Shown here: in pieces, positions 16,244 to 23,878 of the stretch
Layout: each line of letters starts with the position of its first letter
Numbering within the stretch: the first letter of the stretch is position 1
Assembly (NCBI GenBank): GCA_044220955.1
Contig: JBGAQA010000098.1
Coordinates: 1 to 23,878, forward strand
Direction: 5' to 3'
DNA: 23,878 bases
Source: Sandaracinaceae bacterium
GTDB lineage: Bacteria > Myxococcota_A > Polyangia > Polyangiales > Sandaracinaceae
Made by a program: the position numbers and the translations under genes
The notes under the pieces: generated by a model
Told to the model about the DNA's origin: nothing
Databases searched by the model: none
What the model saw: only the letters and a program-made list of their open reading frames with translations

Positions 16244-17212
16244 CTAGCGGGGCGGCTCGGATCGGGGAGGCGGCGACGCCTCGCGCGAGCGCAGCTCCTC
16301 GACCCGGCGGTCGAGCCGCTCGCGGAGATCGTGGACGGCCTCGGTCCGCTCGGCGGCGCGCTCCTCGCGGCGCTCGTGCATCGCCTCGCGCACGCCGCCC
16401 GCGGCGCGGATCTCGTCGAGCAGCGCCTGGCCGTGCTGCTGGAGCCAGGTCAGCTCGGCCGAGGGCTCGATCCAGAGGTCGTAGTCGGCGGAGGCGTCGT
16501 CGAGATCCCGCCCCGTGAGCCGGAACGCGATCGTGCGGGTGACGCGGAACGAGAGGATGTTCGCGTCGACGTCGAAGTGGCCCGTGACGATCGCGGAGTC
16601 GGGTGTCGCGTGGACCTCGATGTCGTTCACGCCGAGCGTCCAGTCCACGCCACGCCCGTGGTAGGGCGGCGGTCCGAGCGAGGGGAGGGCGACGTCGAAC
16701 GTGCCCGCTCCGTGGGCGACGACGAGGTCGCGCGTGACGATCACGGAGTCACCGCGCCCGAGGTCGATCTCGCCGACGCGGACGCGCTCGGGCATGTCGG
16801 TTCGCGCAGCGACGCGGGCCAGCGCCACGAGGACGCGGCGCAGCGGGTCCGGCGTCTCGCCCGTCACGAGGACGGCGGTCGCGGTCCCCGCGAGCTCGAT
16901 CTCGCGCGGGTTCACCGCGAGCATGGGCACCTCGATCGTGCGCGGGCGCAGATCGCGGAGCGCGACCTCGGCCCCGCGCGAGAGGGTGATGCTCGCGATC
17001 GGGCCGGCGGGAAACCGGCACTCGGTCCGCGCGATCGAGGCGTGCGAGAGATCGGGCGCGACCTCGATCGACACCGGCTCGCAGACCACACCGAGCAGGC
17101 CGAGCGTGCGCTGGGCGATGAGGCCCGGGAGCCAGAGCCAGGCGACGACGAGCGCCGTGACGAGCGTCAGGGCGACGCCGGTCCCGATCCCGATCTTGGC
17201 TCGCCGGGTCAC
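16244..17212 (-). CDS. Hypothetical protein with N-terminal TM anchor and beta-rich body
   Basis: MTRRAKIGIG...LVVAWLWLP; GC3-biased ORF of 322 aa. Confidence 0.75.
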   Translation of the reverse strand: MTRRAKIGIGTGVALTLVTALVVAWLWLPGLIAQRTLGLLGVVCEPVSIEVAPDLSHASIARTECRFPAGPIASITLSRGAEVALRDLRPRTIEVPMLAVNPREIELAGTATAVLVTGETPDPLRRVLVALARVAARTDMPERVRVGEIDLGRGDSVIVTRDLVVAHGAGTFDVALPSLGPPPYHGRGVDWTLGVNDIEVHATPDSAIVTGHFDVDANILSFRVTRTIAFRLTGRDLDDASADYDLWIEPSAELTWLQQHGQALLDEIRAAGGVREAMHERREERAAERTEAVHDLRERLDRRVEELRSREASPPPRSEPPR

Positions 17213-17269
17213 GCGCCGATCGTACGCGTCGAGCGCGAACGGCGCGCGAGCTTTCGCCCGCGCGCCGCT

Positions 17270-17305
17270 CCCTCACCCAACCCTCTCCCTTGTCGAGGGA
17301 GAGGG
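17270..17305. repeat. REP-like palindrome just downstream of ahcY
   Basis: CCCTCACCCAACCCTCTCCCT-TGTCG-AGGGAGAGGG; same family as 12333-12430. Confidence 0.8.
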
Positions 17306-17313
17306 CTTTCCCG

Positions 17314-19741
<2,428 letters not shown>

Positions 19742-19746
19742 GGGCG

Positions 19747-19769
19747 AGTCTATATGCCGTCATTCGCAT
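19747..19769 (-). promoter_or_regulatory. -10 box TAGACT with adjacent palindrome ATGC-N8-GCAT, candidate SahR operator
   Basis: TAGACT lies 5 nt before GTG 19741; palindrome at 19754-19769. Confidence 0.45.
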
Positions 19770-19782
19770 GGACGCAAGTAGC

Positions 19783-20082
19783 TCAGGGCGCGCCCAGGAT
19801 CCGGGCCCGGATCCGCACCTCGCGGGCCTCGCCGCGCTGCTTGGCGCGCGCGCGCTCGACCTCGCGGCTGCGCGGCTGTCCCTTCGTCTCGAGCTCCTCG
19901 AGGAGCAGGCGCCGCGTGATGGCGGTGATCTCGCCGACCGCGCGCTCGAACGCGGCCTCGTTGGCGTCGCTCGGCTTGGTGAACCCGCTCACCTTGCGCA
20001 CGTACTGCAGCGAGGACGCGCGCATCTCGTCCTCGGTCGCCGGCGGATCGAAGTGGAAGAGCAGCTTGATGTTGCGGCACAT
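19783..20082 (-). CDS. DUF2277 family protein
   Basis: MCRNIKLLFHFDPPATEDEMRASSLQYVRKVSGFTKPS..NEAAF is the characteristic DUF2277 sequence. Confidence 0.9.
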   Translation of the reverse strand: MCRNIKLLFHFDPPATEDEMRASSLQYVRKVSGFTKPSDANEAAFERAVGEITAITRRLLLEELETKGQPRSREVERARAKQRGEAREVRIRARILGAP

Positions 20083-20101
20083 GCCGCGAGCGTAGCGCGG
20101 G

Positions 20102-20965
20102 TCAGGGCCGCGCGAGCCAGATGGCGCCGAACGCCAGCGCGGCCAGCGTTGCGAGCGCGAGGACGCGGCGGCGGATCGGGCGAAGGACTCCGTGCGGCTC
20201 GGGGTCGCCGTGCTCGACAGCGCGCGCGCCCTGGACGCATGCGGCCACGAGGCGCACGACGGTGCCGAGCTGGCGGGTCGTGAGGGACCACTCCGTCGTG
20301 ACGACGACGCCGTCGACGACGACGTTACGTGCTCCGGTTCCGTTTCGGTCGTGGTCGACCGGCACGACCTCGATGCGCGAGGCATCGGATAGCGGCACCA
20401 CGCGCGGCCCGAGCCAAAAGCGAGCGACCTCGAAGCGGCGCGCGCTTGCGTCGACGTCGATGACGAGACGCCGCCCGATGATGCTGAGAGACGTGATCGA
20501 GAGCCCGAAAGCGTGAAGCAGAAGGAGTGCGGCGGCGTCCCTCGGCCGAGCGAGCGAGGCGGCCGACGTGGGCAGCGCGAGCATCAGCTCTGCGCCGCAC
20601 GCGCCGAGCGCGCCGAGGATCACCGTGGTCGCGACGGCCTCTGGCGTCGGCGAGGCGACGATGCGCACGCGCGTCGCGGGCGCCTCGGCGTTGCGATAGG
20701 TCGCGGTCCGGGCATCGGTCGCTGCCACACTCACGCCTGGGACGAGCTCGACGCCGCGGAACGAGGGACCGACGGGGCGCGGGCGGCGCGCGCACCTCGC
20801 GATCGCGACGAGCATCGTCAGCGCGATGAGCGCTTCCACGACGAACGTGGTCGTGCGGGTGCTGGTGTCCGGCCACAGGAGGGTCGCGCGAGCGGCGAAC
20901 GCGGTCGCGGCGATGGCCTCGGCACAGAGGATCGCGGCGAGCCACGACGCGCGCCGCTCGATCAT
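20102..20965 (-). CDS. Hypothetical multi-pass membrane protein
   Basis: About five hydrophobic segments; 287-aa ORF. Confidence 0.65.
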   Translation of the reverse strand: MIERRASWLAAILCAEAIAATAFAARATLLWPDTSTRTTTFVVEALIALTMLVAIARCARRPRPVGPSFRGVELVPGVSVAATDARTATYRNAEAPATRVRIVASPTPEAVATTVILGALGACGAELMLALPTSAASLARPRDAAALLLLHAFGLSITSLSIIGRRLVIDVDASARRFEVARFWLGPRVVPLSDASRIEVVPVDHDRNGTGARNVVVDGVVVTTEWSLTTRQLGTVVRLVAACVQGARAVEHGDPEPHGVLRPIRRRVLALATLAALAFGAIWLARP

Positions 20966-21010
20966 GGCGTCGCTGGCGCAGGATCAGGTGCAGCGGGCGC
21001 CACCGGCACG

Positions 21011-21274
21011 GTCACGCTCGGCGCCGCGGCGCTCGCGTGCGTCGCCATCGCGGCTCTTCCGGACGGCACCTACCTCGTCCAGGTCGTCCGCGCGGTCGAG
21101 AAGCTCGAGAAGTCCGGAGCGAAGGTCGCGCTCGCGCTCGCGCTCGAGCTGCTCGCGCGCGCGGCGGCCGCGCTCGGTGACGACGTGCTGCGAGCGGACG
21201 CGCTCGGTCGCGCGGAGGCGGCCGCGCTCCTCGCCGAGTGGCCGGCGCTCGCGCGGACGCTCTCGTCGGCCTGA
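21011..21274 (+). pseudogene. Start-less coding-like fragment (possible gene remnant)
   Basis: Strongly G/C-ending codons (VTLGAAALACVAIAALPDGTYLVQVVRAVEKLE...) ending in TGA, with no in-frame ATG or GTG near its 5' end. Confidence 0.3.
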
Positions 21275-21368
21275 AGCGCGGCCTCGATTGCGCCGGATCG
21301 CTCCGCAGCGCCTCTCGTCCCGGGGGGGGCGCCGCGGCGAGCACTCCGGTCGGCCTGCGTTTCGGCGT

Positions 21369-21397
21369 TTGACTGCGATTTGCCTGCGCCTTAGGCT
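21369..21397 (+). promoter_or_regulatory. Sigma70 promoter TTGACT-N17-TAGGCT
   Basis: Near-consensus boxes with 17-bp spacing, 12 nt before ATG 21410. Confidence 0.7.
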
Positions 21398-21409
21398 GCC
21401 GCCCCCCAA

Positions 21410-23551
21410 ATGGCCGACCAGCCCGACACCACGAGCGACGAGACGACGCACGCCCCCGCGAGCGCTCCCGTCGAAGCACCCGAGACCTCCAACCACACGC
21501 ACGCGACGCAGGACGCGCACGCCGCCGAGGCGCATGACGAAGGGGAGGGCGAGGGCGACGCCGAGGGCGAGGGCGAGGGCCAGGCGAGCTCCGCGGGCGA
21601 GCAGTCGGCCGAGGGCGGAGCGCCGGGCGAAGGCAAGAAGAAGCGCCGCCGGCGGCGCAAGAAGAAGGGCGCCGGCGAGGGCGCCAGCGCCGAGGGCGGC
21701 CCGCGTCCGGAGGGCGGCGATCACGCGCCGCGACCGGAGCACCGCAAGGATCTGCCCCTCGCGCGCTTCTTCGACCACGCGCCGGTCTACGGCCACGCGC
21801 GCGGCAAGAGCCCGTTCACGGCCGGCGAGATCGTGGGTGGCCGCGTAGTGTCCGTGGATCACGGCGTCTCGGTCATCGACCTCTTCGGGCGCGGCATCGC
21901 GTTCGCGCAGGCGAACGAGCCGCGCGCGCTGCCGGTCGCGCCCGCCGAGCCGGAGGAGCCGGAGCACGAGCAGGGCGAAGCCGCCGCGGCCGACGCGGGC
22001 GTCGCGGATCAGGTGCCCGTCGAGGGCGCGCCCGAGGACGCGGCCGCGGAGCAGGCCCCGGAGACGGGCGCCGAAGCGGGCGCGGCGCACGCGGAAGAGG
22101 AGGTCAGCCCGAGCTCGGCCGGGGGCGACGCGGCGGCGCACGACGCACATGCGCACGAGGAGTCCGCGGCGCACGAGGCCGCCTCCGAGGAGCCGCCCCT
22201 CGTCGTCGGCGAGGTCTTCCGCGGACGGGTCGCGTCGGTCGCCGAGAACGGCACGATGGCGATCTCGAATCGCTCGATCATCAAGGCGGAGGCGCGCGCG
22301 GTCCTCGCCAAGGCGCGCGACGAGCACCGCCGCGTGTTCGGCATCGTGTTCGGCTACAACCGGGGCGGCTTCGACGTCCTGGTGGAGGGCCTCCGCGCGT
22401 TCTGTCCTGTCTCGGGCCTGACGCTCGAGCACCTCGAGAGCGCCGACTCGATGATCGGTCAGCGCCTCGAGTTCTCCGTGCAGGCCGCCAAGGGCGGGCA
22501 GCAGGGCGTCGTCGTCTCGCGACGCAGCATCCTCGAGCGCGAGGCGCGCAAGCGGGCCAAGGAGCTGCGCAAGTCGCTCTCGCCGGGCATGAAGATGAAG
22601 GGCCGCGTCACGCAGGTGCGCGAGTTCGGCATCTTCGTGGACATCGGCGGCGTCGAGGGCCTCGTGCACATGTCCGAGGTCAGCTGGGACCGCAGCGTGC
22701 GACCCGAGCAAGCCGCGAAGGTCGGCGACGTGGTCGACGTGCAGATCATCCGCATCGGCGAGGGCCCGCCGCCGCGGCGCGACCGCGAGCGCAAGGGCGG
22801 CGGCGACGCCGAGCAGGTCGATCCGCGCGAGTCCCGGCGCGAGGAGCGCCGCAAGTCGGACCGCATCGCTCTCTCGATGAAGGCCGTGCAGCCGGATCCC
22901 TGGCACACGCTGCTCGAGGGCGTCGCGGAGGGCACGGCGCACAAGGGCAAGATCACGCGCACGACCGAGTTCGGGGCCTTCGTGGAGATCCTGCCGGGGG
23001 TCGAGGGCCTGCTCCACATCACCGAGCTCGGGCGCGACCTCCGGCACGCGAGCGAGAAGGTGAAGGAGGGCGAGGAGATCGTGGTCGTCGTCGAGCGCAT
23101 CGACGTCAAGGGCCACCGCATCTCGCTCTCGCGCCTGACGGGCGAGGACGCCAAGGCGTTCCTCGAGGGCACCCTGGAAGCGGCCGCGATGAGCGGCGGC
23201 AAGGCCGTTCGCCCCGGGGCGCACCTCAAGGTCAAGGTCGAGCGCATCGAGAGCCACGGCCTCTACTGCCAGATCGAGGGCATCATCGGGAAGCGCGGCC
23301 GCGGCTTCATCCCCAACGCGGAGATGGGCACGGAGCGCGGCACCGACCACCGGAAGAAGTTCCCGATCGGCACGGAGATCGACGTCAAGGTCGTCGGCCT
23401 CGACCGCGACGGCGGCTGGCGCTTCTCGCGCAAGGGCTTCGCGCAGGACGAGGAGCGTCGCGCGATCCAGGACTACCGCCGCGAGGCCTCGCAGAAGGGC
23501 TTCGGCACCTTCGGCGACATCCTCGCCAAGAAGCTCAAGGCCAAGGCCTGA
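21410..23551 (+). CDS. Multi-S1-domain RNA-binding protein (RpsA-like paralog) with long acidic N-terminus
   Basis: S1 repeats (NRGGFDV...RAFCPVS; FGIFVDIGGVEGLVHMSEVSW; FGAFVEILPGVEGLLHITEL) and C-terminal FGTFGDIL. Confidence 0.88.
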   Translation: MADQPDTTSDETTHAPASAPVEAPETSNHTHATQDAHAAEAHDEGEGEGDAEGEGEGQASSAGEQSAEGGAPGEGKKKRRRRRKKKGAGEGASAEGGPRPEGGDHAPRPEHRKDLPLARFFDHAPVYGHARGKSPFTAGEIVGGRVVSVDHGVSVIDLFGRGIAFAQANEPRALPVAPAEPEEPEHEQGEAAAADAGVADQVPVEGAPEDAAAEQAPETGAEAGAAHAEEEVSPSSAGGDAAAHDAHAHEESAAHEAASEEPPLVVGEVFRGRVASVAENGTMAISNRSIIKAEARAVLAKARDEHRRVFGIVFGYNRGGFDVLVEGLRAFCPVSGLTLEHLESADSMIGQRLEFSVQAAKGGQQGVVVSRRSILEREARKRAKELRKSLSPGMKMKGRVTQVREFGIFVDIGGVEGLVHMSEVSWDRSVRPEQAAKVGDVVDVQIIRIGEGPPPRRDRERKGGGDAEQVDPRESRREERRKSDRIALSMKAVQPDPWHTLLEGVAEGTAHKGKITRTTEFGAFVEILPGVEGLLHITELGRDLRHASEKVKEGEEIVVVVERIDVKGHRISLSRLTGEDAKAFLEGTLEAAAMSGGKAVRPGAHLKVKVERIESHGLYCQIEGIIGKRGRGFIPNAEMGTERGTDHRKKFPIGTEIDVKVVGLDRDGGWRFSRKGFAQDEERRAIQDYRREASQKGFGTFGDILAKKLKAKA

Positions 23552-23572
23552 GCGCGCCCGGCCGAGCCAGGT

Positions 23573-23610
23573 CCCGCCGCCCACTTCGCGGGAGAGGGAC
23601 AGGGTGAGGG
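23573..23610. repeat. Degenerate REP-like element, reverse orientation
   Basis: CCCACTTCGCGGGAGAGGGACAGGGTGAGGG resembles the reverse complement of the 12333 unit. Confidence 0.7.
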
Positions 23611-23625
23611 CCGGGAGGCCGATGC

Positions 23626-23654
23626 TTGCTCGGCCCGGCGAACCTTGGTACCAA
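23626..23654 (+). promoter_or_regulatory. Candidate tRNA promoter TTGCTC-N17-TACCAA with extended TGn
   Basis: Correct spacing, about 33 nt before the tRNA; partial consensus only. Confidence 0.4.
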
Positions 23655-23687
23655 CTGCGTCCCCGATCCGTCGGGGACGGTCTCCTC

Positions 23688-23759
23688 GGGCGTTTAACTC
23701 AGCGGTAGAGTGCGACCTTCACACGGTCGAAGTCGCAGGTTCAAGTCCTGCAACGCCCA
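23688..23759 (+). tRNA. tRNA-Val(CAC), CCA not encoded
   Basis: Acceptor GGGCGTT/AACGCCC plus discriminator A; D stem ACTC/GAGT; anticodon arm CGACC-TTCACAC-GGTCG; T arm GCAGG-TTCAAGT-CCTGC. Confidence 0.96.
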
Positions 23760-23878
23760 TCCTTCCGAGCCTGTTTTCCAGGCACTTCCGTCAGGCGGCC
23801 CCTCGTTGCCCCCGTTACTGCCCCCGGCGCACTGCGTCATCGGGGCATCGTTCGCGGCGCGGGCGACCTCGAGCGAGA

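Noticed and set aside
20984..23584. 866-aa minus-strand ORF, and similar long ORFs such as 834..2297, 5382..6812, 7027..8433, 12005..13741 and 17290..18867
   Set aside because: Antisense or off-frame shadows of well-supported genes; stop codons are scarce in high-GC DNA and the products have no recognisable motifs.
23688..23762. Missing CCA as evidence of a tRNA pseudogene
   Set aside because: The cloverleaf is intact and many bacteria add CCA post-transcriptionally.

Overview
Very GC-rich bacterial DNA, most likely Myxococcota (Polyangiales/Sandaracinus-like). This is inferred from a MYXO-CTERM-like tail, many lipoproteins, acidic low-complexity tails and GC3-biased codons. Left part, + strand: a partial hypothetical gene, lgt-moaB-Nudix, cyaY plus a membrane protein, then a three-gene oxidative operon (fatty-acid-hydroxylase/sterol-desaturase-type di-iron enzyme, eukaryote-like family 15/22 aldehyde dehydrogenase, GMC oxidoreductase). 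Middle, an accessory surface-enzyme region: an ECF sigma factor with a coupled small gene, two divergent paralogous S1A serine-protease lipoproteins with PSI-like Cys-rich tails, ppa, and a four-gene operon behind a sigma54-like promoter (Cys-rich PLA2-motif-like lipoprotein, membrane-anchored Pro-rich protein, small lipoprotein, MYXO-CTERM protease). Right part: sahR-like ArsR/methyltransferase with ahcY, DUF2277, a membrane protein, an S1-domain RpsA-like protein and tRNA-Val(CAC). The most interesting signals are an identical bipartite motif (TGATTGGT-N15-CCACT) before both the ECF sigma and one protease, the sigma54 PLA2-like/protease operon, the lipid-oxidation trio, and recurrent leaderless-type promoters. 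All family assignments come from motif recognition by eye; no searches were run.
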